Positions 19,760 through 29,880 of a DNA stretch of 64,000 nucleotides are shown piece after piece. Every line of letters starts with the position of its first letter. Positions within the stretch are counted from its first letter, which is position 1. Below the pieces are notes generated by a model. That model ran no database searches and had not been told where the DNA came from. It was given only the letters and a program-made list of their open reading frames with translations. Origin of the DNA: Bdellovibrionales bacterium (lineage in GTDB: Bacteria; Bdellovibrionota; Bdellovibrionia; Bdellovibrionales; JAUICD01); assembly GCA_965203275.1 (NCBI GenBank), contig OZ241865.1, positions 288,001-352,000 of the forward strand, given 5' to 3'. The position numbers were made by a program, and so were the translations under genes.

Positions 19760-21511
19760 TTAAATATTTTGCGTTTTTCTTTGTTCTAAATGAACTACAT
19801 TACTCTTGTTTTCTACATCATAAAGACGAGTAAACTCAATTAAAAATTCAGTTCCTTTGTTTTTTTCAGAATTGACATGAATCTTTGCTTTATGATTTTC
19901 TAAGATTTTATGGGTTGTGGCAAGTCCTAAACCTGTCCCAGAAGATTTTGTAGTGACAAATGGTTCAAAAATGCGATCTTTCACCTCGGGATTAAGTCCA
20001 GGACCTGTATCTTTGATAGATACAAAAAGACAACCCCCTTTATTATAAGACTTAACAAATATCTGGGCAGGATGAGTTTTTTCCATAGCTTGATAAGCAT
20101 TGAGCATTAAATTTAAAAATACCTGCTCTAACTTTTCTACTTGGCCTATCAGAGATCCTTTAGACCTTAAATCAACATTTTGCTTAACATGCGAAGGTAA
20201 TTTATGGTTTAATTTAATTTTCTCAAGAGTATCCTTTAACACCTGATGAATATTAACTTGATCATTGGGGATCTTCTCTGGCCTAGCATAATTGAGAAAC
20301 TCTGTAATTAAGAGGTTTAACCGGTCGATCTCTTTTAAAACAATATTATAAAGCCTTTTATTTTCAGTGCCATCTCCATCTTGTGATAAAGTCATTTCAA
20401 GCAGTTGAATACTTCCACTAATACTAGCTAATGGATTACGTATTTCATGGGCAATGCCAGCAGCTAATTGTCCAATGGCAGCCATTTTTTCATTCCTTCT
20501 GGCAACTTCCTCAAGTCTTTTAATATTTGTGAGATCTTGAATAAGTAAAATATGACCTAAAATAGGATCACTTTGAGCAGTTCCTTGACTGATATCTCTT
20601 AAATGGTTCTTCCATTTCCTGTTTTCTGTTGTGAGAGGTGTGAGCGTTAAACCAAGGCGTTTTTCAGTCGATTGAAGTGTATAGGTCTCTTCCCATACAA
20701 TGTGTTTTTTCTTTTGATATATGGGGGAATTAAGATATGTATTGAGGTCTTTTAATAAAGAAGATATAGAAATACGAAGTAAGTTTTTTTCTAAAATATT
20801 TTTAGCTGATATATTAAACTGCATAATATATCCTTTGGTATCAAAAACAATAAGTCCTGAAGGCATAGTCTCTAAGATCAGCTTATTCATATCTTGAAGA
20901 GTATGAATATTCTGTGTTTGATGTTCAATTTTCTGCCCCATAAAACCCATTTGACTACTTAAATAGCTACTCAAAAAAGCCACTAAGAAAAAAGCCATAT
21001 TATTGACCCCTAAGGCAAAAGCTAAATTACTATTGACAATATAAGGATTTAAAATAAGCAGGACAGTGAAAAGAAAAGAAGTCAAGAGAGCTAAAAAAAA
21101 AGCTCCTCTCCATGGAAAAATCAAACCAAACAGAAGGATATTGATCAAATACAAAAACAAAAAAATAGGCTGAGTATTTTGAGTGATATGAACCAACGAA
21201 GAAATAAAAAATGTATCAAATACAAACAAAATAATCACTGTAACTAGTAAATATTTGGAATGATAAAAAAAGAGCAAGTAAATAGAATTAAGTAGAAATG
21301 CTAAAAAAAGCATCGTGTAAAAGATGTTATTGATATCAGGAATAATAAAAAAATGATTGGTTATTTGAAAAGCTAAAAAACTTAAAGTCACTAAAACATA
21401 AAAAATAAGCCTACAAATCTCTATAAAAAAAAGCTTATTATGTAAATTAGAAATAGGAGCTATGAAAGGGTAGGATTTGTGAGGAAGTTTTAAACTATCA
21501 AAAGGTTGCAT
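19760..21511 (-). CDS. pilS: Membrane sensor histidine kinase, PilS-like
   Basis: About six TM helices, PAS-like region, AHEIRNPL, GTGLGL. Confidence 0.85.
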   Translation of the reverse strand: MQPFDSLKLPHKSYPFIAPISNLHNKLFFIEICRLIFYVLVTLSFLAFQITNHFFIIPDINNIFYTMLFLAFLLNSIYLLFFYHSKYLLVTVIILFVFDTFFISSLVHITQNTQPIFLFLYLINILLFGLIFPWRGAFFLALLTSFLFTVLLILNPYIVNSNLAFALGVNNMAFFLVAFLSSYLSSQMGFMGQKIEHQTQNIHTLQDMNKLILETMPSGLIVFDTKGYIMQFNISAKNILEKNLLRISISSLLKDLNTYLNSPIYQKKKHIVWEETYTLQSTEKRLGLTLTPLTTENRKWKNHLRDISQGTAQSDPILGHILLIQDLTNIKRLEEVARRNEKMAAIGQLAAGIAHEIRNPLASISGSIQLLEMTLSQDGDGTENKRLYNIVLKEIDRLNLLITEFLNYARPEKIPNDQVNIHQVLKDTLEKIKLNHKLPSHVKQNVDLRSKGSLIGQVEKLEQVFLNLMLNAYQAMEKTHPAQIFVKSYNKGGCLFVSIKDTGPGLNPEVKDRIFEPFVTTKSSGTGLGLATTHKILENHKAKIHVNSEKNKGTEFLIEFTRLYDVENKSNVVHLEQRKTQNI

Positions 21512-21512
21512 G

Positions 21513-22742
21513 TTATGTCACTCCTTCTGAAAGTTGGAAGATAGGCAAATATAAACTAATCACTATAAAACCTATTATAAGACCTAAGAAGATAATCATA
21601 AGAGGTTCAATCGTGCTGATCAATCCACTGGTGGATCGTTCTACTTCATCCTCATAGAAATTAGCTAGTTTTTCCATAAGTTTATCTAAAGAACCTGTTT
21701 GTTCACCAATACCCATCATCTGAACAACCATACCAGGAATATATTTATTTTTAGAAAAAGGCACTATAATAGATTCTCCTTCTATAATAGAAGTTTTAGC
21801 ATTTTTAAAAGCCTCTTGAATAAAGTGATTCCCTGCTGTATTTCCAGATATATCTAAGCTGTCTAAAACAAAAACACCACTGGATAACATGCTAGAGAAC
21901 GTTCTGCAACTCCTAGCTAGAGCATTTTTTTGTATTAAAGTGCCGAAAAGAGGCAACTGAATAAGTATAGAATCAACAAGTATACGGCCATTTTTTGTTT
22001 GGTAAAAATTAATGGCACCTACAACTAATGCTATAATAGCTAAAATGATAAGATACCAATAATCTTTGACAAAATGGCTTGTATTAATAATGAACCTTGT
22101 TATTGCAGGAAGTTCCATACCACTGCTTAAGAAAAGCTCTTCAAATTTAGGGATAACGTAAATCATCATAACAGCTATAACCACTCCAGAGATAATTAAA
22201 ACACCAGCAGGATACCAAAGAGCTGCAATTACTTTGCCTTTAATTCTTTCAGACTTTTCAATATATTCAGCTATGCGTCTGAGTGTAATATCTAAAGCAC
22301 CAGCTGTTTCACCTGCCTTGACCATACTCACATAAGCTGTATCAAAAATTTGTGAATTAGCTGAAAGGGCATCACTGAGATCACTTCCACCCTGAATACG
22401 ATCATGCACATTTAATAAAGCTTCTTTTAGATTACGATTTTGAGTTGTGGAAGCTAATATAGAAATAGCTTGAAGTATAGGAATCCCTGCATCTATCAAA
22501 GTCGAGAATTGTCTTGTTGAGCTTTGGAGTTCCTTAGATGAAATGCTCTTTTTTGTAGCAAAGCCTACAAGAGAGATAATGTCTTTGTTGCTTTTGGCTT
22601 TTTCTTTGAGCTTGAGAGGTATCAAATGTTGGCTTTTTAGTTTGACTCTAGCTTCTAGATCATTTTCTGCATCAATGGATCCTTTGACAACCTTACCTTG
22701 CATGTTCCTAGCTTGAAAAGAAAATGTAGGCATTTTAACCAA
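21513..22742 (-). CDS. pilC: Type IV pilus platform protein (GspF family)
   Basis: Two GspF domains (AGETAGALD, GEQTGSLD, IEPLMII). Confidence 0.92.
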   Translation of the reverse strand: MVKMPTFSFQARNMQGKVVKGSIDAENDLEARVKLKSQHLIPLKLKEKAKSNKDIISLVGFATKKSISSKELQSSTRQFSTLIDAGIPILQAISILASTTQNRNLKEALLNVHDRIQGGSDLSDALSANSQIFDTAYVSMVKAGETAGALDITLRRIAEYIEKSERIKGKVIAALWYPAGVLIISGVVIAVMMIYVIPKFEELFLSSGMELPAITRFIINTSHFVKDYWYLIILAIIALVVGAINFYQTKNGRILVDSILIQLPLFGTLIQKNALARSCRTFSSMLSSGVFVLDSLDISGNTAGNHFIQEAFKNAKTSIIEGESIIVPFSKNKYIPGMVVQMMGIGEQTGSLDKLMEKLANFYEDEVERSTSGLISTIEPLMIIFLGLIIGFIVISLYLPIFQLSEGVT

Positions 22743-22840
22743 CCTTATAAATCTTAATGATCATTATTATTACTTTTTTATTCTTCTATTATAAATAAAA
22801 TTACCAACAAAAGACAATATTGAAAAATATTGAATATATT

Positions 22841-23887
22841 TTATATCCCTACTTTTTTTAAAAGATGATCAAGCTCCTGTGGATTAGGACTCATGGAAAA
22901 TGCTGTACGAAGTTCTATTTTCCTTTTAATAAGAAGATTCATTAAAGATTGATTAAAAGAAATCATACCTGTTGTGTGTTGGTCTTTTTTGATCAGATCT
23001 TCAATAGGAGCTAAGTCTTGATTTTGGATACATTTGCGTATTTCTTGTGTAGAAAGTAAAATCTCAGTTCCTAAAACTGGTTCACCAGATTTACCTGGTA
23101 AAAGTCGTTGATAAATAATAGCCTTTAGATGAGTGCTTAAACGTCTAGCCATCAAAGCAGATTCACCTTCTAAAAACTGTTCAATAGTATTGACAGCAGA
23201 TGTAGCAAATGTTGTGGTCATAACAAGACAACCGCCTACACAAACATCCAGAACTTTTTTACGATCAAGGGAGTGATACATATCTGATAAAAAACAAACA
23301 TCCATATTTTGTTGAAAAATATTATAAACATTGAATTGTTGAGCTGAACTTATTTGCTTTTGATGAATAAGTGATTTTTCAGATGCCATTGGATGCTCTA
23401 AGAGCCTTTCTAATGTGAGGATGTACAGGGATTTATTTTGATTCCAATACTTTATAAAAGCATTTGCTGTTGTTGATCGACCACTGTTCATTGGTCCTGA
23501 AATAAGAATAAGTCCATCTGTGTATTTTGCAATCTCAATAATATTTTGGGGAAGACCTAGCTCTTCTATAGATGGCAGTAAGAGGGGAATGCAATGAAAA
23601 TGAATTTTTAATTTATTATTTTCTTCTTCGTGCAGAAATACTCTATATCGATCTTGTCTTTGATAAATAAAAAGAATATTTTTTTCTTCAAAGAAAGCCT
23701 CTTTTTGTTGATCAGTCAAGCAGGATAAAAGCGTTTGTTTTATTTCTGAACATTGATCATCTGTGAGGGGCGGGTGGTTTTCTATAGGATATATTTTCCC
23801 ATTACGGCGTAATAAAGGAATGGACCCAGAGGCCATGTATAAATCTGACCCATGAAAAGCATCTAAAATTTTATCTAAATCACTCAT
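22841..23887 (-). CDS. PilT/PilU-family ATPase-like protein with degenerate motifs
   Basis: SDLY, GLILISGPMNSGRSTT, AIIYQRLLP and GMISFNQSL; upstream of pilC. Confidence 0.8.
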   Translation of the reverse strand: MSDLDKILDAFHGSDLYMASGSIPLLRRNGKIYPIENHPPLTDDQCSEIKQTLLSCLTDQQKEAFFEEKNILFIYQRQDRYRVFLHEEENNKLKIHFHCIPLLLPSIEELGLPQNIIEIAKYTDGLILISGPMNSGRSTTANAFIKYWNQNKSLYILTLERLLEHPMASEKSLIHQKQISSAQQFNVYNIFQQNMDVCFLSDMYHSLDRKKVLDVCVGGCLVMTTTFATSAVNTIEQFLEGESALMARRLSTHLKAIIYQRLLPGKSGEPVLGTEILLSTQEIRKCIQNQDLAPIEDLIKKDQHTTGMISFNQSLMNLLIKRKIELRTAFSMSPNPQELDHLLKKVGI

Positions 23888-24138
23888 ATTATTATCTTCT
23901 TATTTTTTGGTTTTGATATATTTTTAAAGTGTTTAAACTGCAATGTAAATTCTAAAACTAAAAGGTATTTCTTAAGACAATCAATATTTAATTATGCTTC
24001 TTCATCCTGATCATAGCTATCATAGACTGAAAGCATTTATATATTATTTTATGAAGAGGATTTTTTCAACTTCTTTCCTGGAAATTTCTTAAAACTTAAA
24101 TTGTTTATATTATTGTGGGGATCACATCTCAACACACT

Positions 24139-25062
24139 CTAAGAAAAGGGTGGAAGAAATGGCATTTGAGATAAGGGATGATGTTTTTCAACAACAGATT
24201 CAAGTGATTCTTTTATTTTAGGTTTAGAAAGGCAAGCTGGATATTTCTTTGTGCTTTCTATACGTTTATGTCCTAATAGCTCTTGAATAGACTCTAATTT
24301 AGCACCTGATTTGTATAGGGCAGCTGCACAACCATGCCGGAACTGCTGAGGGTGTACGACTTCATCTAATCCTGCATTCTTTGACCAGGTGGCAAGCCAA
24401 CGCCAAATATCTATACGACTAGCCCGCTTCCCCTTATCATTCAAAATAAGTGCATGCACATCTTCTGGTTTTAAGTGAGGTCGTACCTTTGATATATAAA
24501 ATTTTAATTGTTTGAGAAGAATATCTGAAAGAGGGATAGTGTATTGTAAGTTAGCTTTTGAAATTTTTAATGTTTTGTTTTCTTTGTTTATATCTTGCAA
24601 ATTACACGCAATAAGCTGTGAAACTCGAAGGCCTAAATCAAATAATATTAAAAGTGTTGTTTGATTACGCAAGGTTTTAAAGTGATTATTTGTTTGACAG
24701 GCTTGGTATATTTTTTTGAAAGTCTCAAGACTTAAAATTGGTGGTGGAAGTGAAGACAAGCGAGGAGAAGGTATATTATTAATCAAAGACAATATATTGT
24801 CTGTCAATTGTCTGGGGTCTTCTTGTTGCAAAAACTTAAAATAAGTTTTGAGACTACTGATCACACGAGCTTGTGATCTTTGACTTAAACCTCTTTCATC
24901 CATAAAAATCATAAAATCTTGAAGGTCGTCATCTTCTTGGGCATTTAGAGCAAACTCCCTATAAACCGATAAGTCTCTCTTATAAGCTAAAAAAGTATTT
25001 TGAGAATATTTTTTATTTTTTTTTAAATGATCTAAAAATTCATCAAACAACACCAAAAGCAT
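24139..25062 (-). CDS. XerC/XerD-family tyrosine recombinase
   Basis: SQNTFLAYKRDL, GLRVSQL, HPQQFRH, IQELLGH and TKKY. Confidence 0.85.
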   Translation of the reverse strand: MLLVLFDEFLDHLKKNKKYSQNTFLAYKRDLSVYREFALNAQEDDDLQDFMIFMDERGLSQRSQARVISSLKTYFKFLQQEDPRQLTDNILSLINNIPSPRLSSLPPPILSLETFKKIYQACQTNNHFKTLRNQTTLLILFDLGLRVSQLIACNLQDINKENKTLKISKANLQYTIPLSDILLKQLKFYISKVRPHLKPEDVHALILNDKGKRASRIDIWRWLATWSKNAGLDEVVHPQQFRHGCAAALYKSGAKLESIQELLGHKRIESTKKYPACLSKPKIKESLESVVEKHHPLSQMPFLPPFS

Positions 25063-25177
25063 AAAACTCCTAGAAGTCCTCTCAAAAATAAATTATACAA
25101 CACTTATTTGCTAATTGAATGCTCTTTTTATGATCTCTTAGGCTGTCAGACAGTCTGGTAACCTCCATATCTGATGG

Positions 25178-25747
25178 CTATTCTTCAAAAGACAGAATAA
25201 CACTTTTGCCATTTCTGAAATTGCGAACCCAAGAGATAATTTGACGATTTTGATTTATATTAAAAACATCACTTTCAACCTTTTGACTCAAGTGGTATTT
25301 GATGAGCATGCCATCAGGTGTTTGGTCTAGAGAAGAGCCACAAGCTTGTCTTCTAGCTAGGGCAGATAGCTCCATAACAGCAGCTCTTAAAGCTGTTTGC
25401 TCTCTTTGAGGATTAATATCTGGATAGCGTACAAAACCTTTGTTATTAGCATGTGGATGTTCTGGTAAGTAACGATTAATGTATTTAGCTTCTTTGGCAA
25501 TATAGCAATTTTTACGGTGACATCTTAATATAAGGGCTTGATAAGGTTCTCCAGAAGGTGTTTTTGTCACACGAAAATGGCGTAAGTTAGAACCATGTAC
25601 ACTCACCCTTAAAAAAGATTTTTTAAGATCTCTGCAAGCTATATCTGTTACATTTGATAGAGGAGTCCTCCTATCTATTGCAGCCATAGCTGGATGGGTC
25701 AACCCTATAATTAAAAAGATATAAATAAGTTTCCGATATGTTACCAT
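25178..25747 (-). CDS. Exported protein with FlgC-like segment
   Basis: Signal peptide; SNL..TKTPSGEPYQ..YLPEHPHANNKGFVRYPDINP resembles the FlgC core. Confidence 0.55.
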   Translation of the reverse strand: MVTYRKLIYIFLIIGLTHPAMAAIDRRTPLSNVTDIACRDLKKSFLRVSVHGSNLRHFRVTKTPSGEPYQALILRCHRKNCYIAKEAKYINRYLPEHPHANNKGFVRYPDINPQREQTALRAAVMELSALARRQACGSSLDQTPDGMLIKYHLSQKVESDVFNINQNRQIISWVRNFRNGKSVILSFEE

Positions 25748-25810
25748 TGTGATTATGCCTTTGAATATAAAATATCAAATATGCAACAAAGTGACAAGTA
25801 GGCAATGGTT

Positions 25811-27103
25811 TTAATTTATTTTTTTAGGGGTTTGTAAAATTTGGTGAGCTGTTAAATAATTATAAGCTGTCAAAACATCAAAATCCGTATCTAAAAGCTT
25901 CTTTTTGTGTTCATTATTTGTTGTTTTTGTAAATTCATTACTTTCTTCTTCTTTTTTTAAAGCACCTTTTATGTCGCTTTCTCTCTTGATTTTACGTTGC
26001 ACAAGAGCTTTTTTATAGGCCGTTAAATTGACATGATCAATTTTAATATTAGGCATAATACCTTTTGCTTGAATAGCTTGTCCATTGGGAGTATAATAAC
26101 GTGCCACTGTCATTTTAAGAGCAGAACCATCATCAAATTTGACCAAAGATTGAATAGAACCCTTGCCAAAGCTTCTACGCCCCATAACAAGAGCTCTGTT
26201 ATGATCTTGCAGTGCTCCTGCAAGAATTTCACTAGCACTTGCTGAATATTCATTGATCAAAATAATCACTGGAAAATCTTTAGTAAGAGTATCTTCATTG
26301 TGAGCATAAATAATATTATTTTTACTTTTATCTTTACCTTTAGTAGAGACAATAACACCCTTCTCAATAAATAAATCAGTGATCTTAATAGCCTGATCTA
26401 AAAGCCCTCCGGGGTTATTTCTTAAATCTAAAATCAACCCTTTTAAACCTTCTTGATTCTTGTGTCTCATTAATAACTCTTTAAAGTCGTCGTATGTTTT
26501 TTTAATAAAGCTTGTCATTCGGAAGTAGGCATAGCCTGACTCTAAGTTAATATATTTTACAGAACGTACTTTGACTTGGCCTCTTTCTATTTCAAAAAAT
26601 TTAGGTTCTTTTTCATCTGGGCGTACAATTTTCAATCTCACTTTTGTACCTAGAGGACCTCTTAGCCTTTGTCCAATTTCAGAAAGGGTCAGGCCCTTTA
26701 TAGATTGATCGTCAATAGCTACAATTTGATCTCCTGCTTGAATACCAGCTTTCCATGCTTGAGAATCTTCTATAGGAGAGATAATAGTTAAAACACTATT
26801 TTTTAAAGTGATTTCTATACCAATGCCTCCAAATTCTCCTAATGTCGTAGATTGAAAAGATTTATACATATCTGCTGAAAGGAAGTGGGTATGAGGATCT
26901 AACTCTGCTAACATGCCTTTAATAGCTCCGTGAATCAAGTTTTCAGTATTGACCTCTTCTACGTAGTATTGTTGTAGAATGTGTAGAGCTTTAGTAAATA
27001 CAGAGAGTAATATGTAATTGTTTTTTGTAGCTTTTACTCCAAATGATATGGATAAAATAAAAACAGTACAAATCAAAGCAATGGTTATTTGTTTTTTGCT
27101 CAT
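25811..27103 (-). CDS. ctpA: Carboxyl-terminal processing protease (S41A, PDZ)
   Basis: LDPHT, FGGIG, DLRNNPGG, SASASEI and FGKG motifs. Confidence 0.93.
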   Translation of the reverse strand: MSKKQITIALICTVFILSISFGVKATKNNYILLSVFTKALHILQQYYVEEVNTENLIHGAIKGMLAELDPHTHFLSADMYKSFQSTTLGEFGGIGIEITLKNSVLTIISPIEDSQAWKAGIQAGDQIVAIDDQSIKGLTLSEIGQRLRGPLGTKVRLKIVRPDEKEPKFFEIERGQVKVRSVKYINLESGYAYFRMTSFIKKTYDDFKELLMRHKNQEGLKGLILDLRNNPGGLLDQAIKITDLFIEKGVIVSTKGKDKSKNNIIYAHNEDTLTKDFPVIILINEYSASASEILAGALQDHNRALVMGRRSFGKGSIQSLVKFDDGSALKMTVARYYTPNGQAIQAKGIMPNIKIDHVNLTAYKKALVQRKIKRESDIKGALKKEEESNEFTKTTNNEHKKKLLDTDFDVLTAYNYLTAHQILQTPKKIN

Positions 27104-27183
27104 CTATTGAATCCTTTTATTCTTTTATTGTATCGAATATTAGAAGGGGACGACTAGAATAGGATAAGTCTAGTTTTTCTTTT

Positions 27184-27770
27184 CACTAAAAGTGGGCTGT
27201 TTCCCTAAAATTGAACTAGCCTCTGGCTACTTTTGGGCAGTTAGCCCGACGGCTACCGCCGTCGATCAAAGGCTAACTGCCTCAAAAGCCTGTTCAATTT
27301 TAGGAAGGAGGATCTCTTCGTTTCTTAACACCATGTTAAGGAAACAAAATGCCTTTTCTGCTTGATGCCCTCAAAAGCCTGTTCAATTTTAGGAAGGAGG
27401 ATCTCTTCGTTTCTTAACACTATGTTAAGGAAACAAAATGCCTTTTCTGCTTGATGCCCTCAAAAGCCTGTTCAATTTTAGGAAGGAGGATCTCTTCGTT
27501 TCTTAACACTATGTTAAGGAAACAAAATGCCTTTTCTGCTTGATGCCCTCAAAAGCCTGTTCAATTTTAGGAAGGAGGATCTCTTCGTTTTTTGACCACA
27601 TGTTAAGGAAACAAAATATTCATTTCACCCCGGGATCCGGCAAACAGGCATCCGGACCCCGGGATATGATCCCGGATCCTGGATAAACATCATGTTAAAG
27701 AAACAAAGTGTTCGCTTTATCCCTGCCTGTCTGCTTGATGCTGGGTTGCCGGATTGCCGGGTCCCAAATC
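27184..27770 (+). repeat. Mosaic array 2: one full element, an 89-bp tandem repeat of its right end plus tail, and a heptamer tract
   Basis: Element 27203-27304; CTCAAAAG recurs at 27281, 27370, 27459 and 27548 (period 89); GATCC/CCGG-rich tract 27628-27685. Confidence 0.93.
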
Positions 27771-28274
27771 ATGGAGAAAAACCATTATATTAAAAACTAA
27801 TGTTCAATTCTGACCCATTAGCAAAATTTTATATCTCTACCACCCTGATGGGTCTCTAACGTGAAAAATAATTTTCCCCTAAAATGTTGCATATTAATGA
27901 AACATAATACGTAATCCACTCATTTGATCTAAAAAATATAAGTAATTTCAAATACTTAATACTGTAACTTTTATACAAAAGTCACAGTCACAATATGTTT
28001 TTAGCTTAAAATATGTAGTGTCTTGATAAAAACTTATACTTTTATAGCTTTACCCTTTCTTTTTTAAGATGAAAGGGGTTGTTTGGAGGATAAGGTCTTT
28101 TTTATGACCTCTATGCCTCTTTATAACTCTCTTTAAAAATTATAAAAGTCAATTTTTCAAAGCCATTAATACTCATATTATTTGCATTATAAAATATATA
28201 ATTGCATAATAAAAAACAATATATTGCATAATACAATATCATTTCACTAGAAGTGACCAGAGGTCAGACCACTT

Positions 28275-28733
28275 TTAGGAAAAAGAAGATCGAATTTCTT
28301 GAAAGAAATTTTTTAATATAAGGCTACATTCTTTTTCTAAGATACCACTGACTACTTCTGGTCTATGATTAAGTCTTTGATCATTTAAAACTTGATAAAG
28401 GGAAAAAACAGCCCCTGTTTTAGGATCCAATGCTCCTATCACTACTTTTGAGATACGTGATTGCAAAATAGCTCCTCCACACATCAAGCAAGGCTCTAAT
28501 GAGACAAAAAGTGTGCATCCTGATAACCGCCAAGTTGCCAGTTTTTGTGCAGCCTTTTGAATGGCTAAAATTTCAGCATGTCCTGTAGGTTGATGGCTAC
28601 TTTCTTTTTGATTAAAGGCCCTAGCTAAAATTTCATCATCTTTTGTAATAATAGCCCCTACAGGGACTTCCTTAAGATCAAAAGCTTTTTGAGCTTCTAA
28701 CAAGGCTAATTTCATACCTTCTTCATTTTTCAC
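28275..28733 (-). CDS. tadA: tRNA adenosine(34) deaminase
   Basis: EVPVGA, HAE and LEPCLMC motifs. Confidence 0.93.
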   Translation of the reverse strand: MKNEEGMKLALLEAQKAFDLKEVPVGAIITKDDEILARAFNQKESSHQPTGHAEILAIQKAAQKLATWRLSGCTLFVSLEPCLMCGGAILQSRISKVVIGALDPKTGAVFSLYQVLNDQRLNHRPEVVSGILEKECSLILKNFFQEIRSSFS

Positions 28734-28903
28734 ATCTCACCCTTTTTTATAAAGAAGTTTCAAGTCCAAAGTTTTATATAATAAAATATTTATATTTTAA
28801 GGCACTTGAAAGCATAAGTGAATATTCTTTTAACCATATAAGAATCTAGGGGTGTCTTATGGGAAATAATATTTTATAAACTTAAAATCATAAGGAGAAA
28901 ATA

Positions 28904-29188
28904 ATGAACTTACAAAAACCACAACAAGTCAATCATCTACAAGAAAGCCATTTACCAAAAACATCTATAGATGAATCTTATTTTACAATGCATGTCCATG
29001 CTGAGCATGTTCATGCTAAGCATGTTCGTGCTGAGTCTATTTATACTCAACAGTTTGTTTGTGAGCAATGTGGACAAAAAAACTCTTTTATTTATAAGGT
29101 TAATAGCTCCTACAGTCAAATTCAAGAACAAACTCACTGCAAAAGCTGTCATTTTAAAAGCCATTTTAAAAAGTTTATTTTGCAATAA
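28904..29188 (+). CDS. Small zinc-ribbon protein with a His-rich repeat
   Basis: AAGGAG RBS; CEQC...CKSC; HVHAEHVHAKHVRAE from 15-bp repeats. Confidence 0.65.
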   Translation: MNLQKPQQVNHLQESHLPKTSIDESYFTMHVHAEHVHAKHVRAESIYTQQFVCEQCGQKNSFIYKVNSSYSQIQEQTHCKSCHFKSHFKKFILQ

Positions 29189-29770
29189 GGACCTTCTATT
29201 GTCTAATTTCGTGTGTTTTTGTCTATCCGTACGTACCTCCTTCAGAGATACGTGAACTATTTCCCTCAAAATTTCCCTTCCTTGAATCTATTATTTCTAA
29301 TTTCGTACATCCACCAGATCAAGCTTCTTTCAGAGAATAGGAAGGTCAATTTTGAGGTGATCGGCTAGAATCTCATTGCATAACATCCTATATCCATACT
29401 CTTTGTTGTACATATTATTCTCAACCCTTCATTAAGGGCCTTCTATTGTCTAATTTCGTGTGTTTTTGTCTATCCGTACGTACCTCCTTCAGAGATACGT
29501 GAACTATTTCCCTCAAAATTTCCCTTCCTTGAATCTATTATTTCTAATTTCGTACATCCACCAGATCAAGCTTCTTTCAGAGAATAGGAAGGTCAATTTT
29601 GAGGTGATCGGCTAGAATCTCATTGCATAACATCCTATATCTATACTCTTTGTTGTACATATTATTCTCAATCCTTCATTAAGGGCCTTCTATTGTCTAA
29701 TTTTGTTAATTTTTTTTCTAACTTCGATGATTTTTGTCTACCCGTACGAACCTTTTTTAGAAATACGTGC
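29186..29770. repeat. 247-bp tandem repeat (two copies plus a degenerate partial third)
   Basis: CCTTCTATTGTCTAATTT at 29192, 29439 and 29686. Confidence 0.95.
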
Positions 29771-29777
29771 GTTGGTT

Positions 29778-29860
29778 CACTAAAAGTAAACTGACCTCTG
29801 GTCACTTTTGGGTTGCCAGTTCCCAGATCCCGGATCCCAGATCCCGGATCCTGGATAAAC
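29778..29860 (+). repeat. Truncated branched-palindrome element fused to a GATCCCR heptamer tract
   Basis: CACTAAAAGTAAACTGACCTCTGGTCACTTTTGGGTTGCCAG followed by TCCCAGATCCCGGATCCCAGATCCCGGATCCTGGAT. Confidence 0.9.
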
Positions 29861-29880
29861 ACATACTTTTTGATACAAGA

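Noticed and set aside
27321..27344. dif/Xer site in the TTTCTTAACA-CCA-TGTTAAGGAAA palindrome
   Set aside because: Only 3 nt separate AACA and TGTT, which does not fit the 11-6-11 dif geometry, and there are far too many copies.
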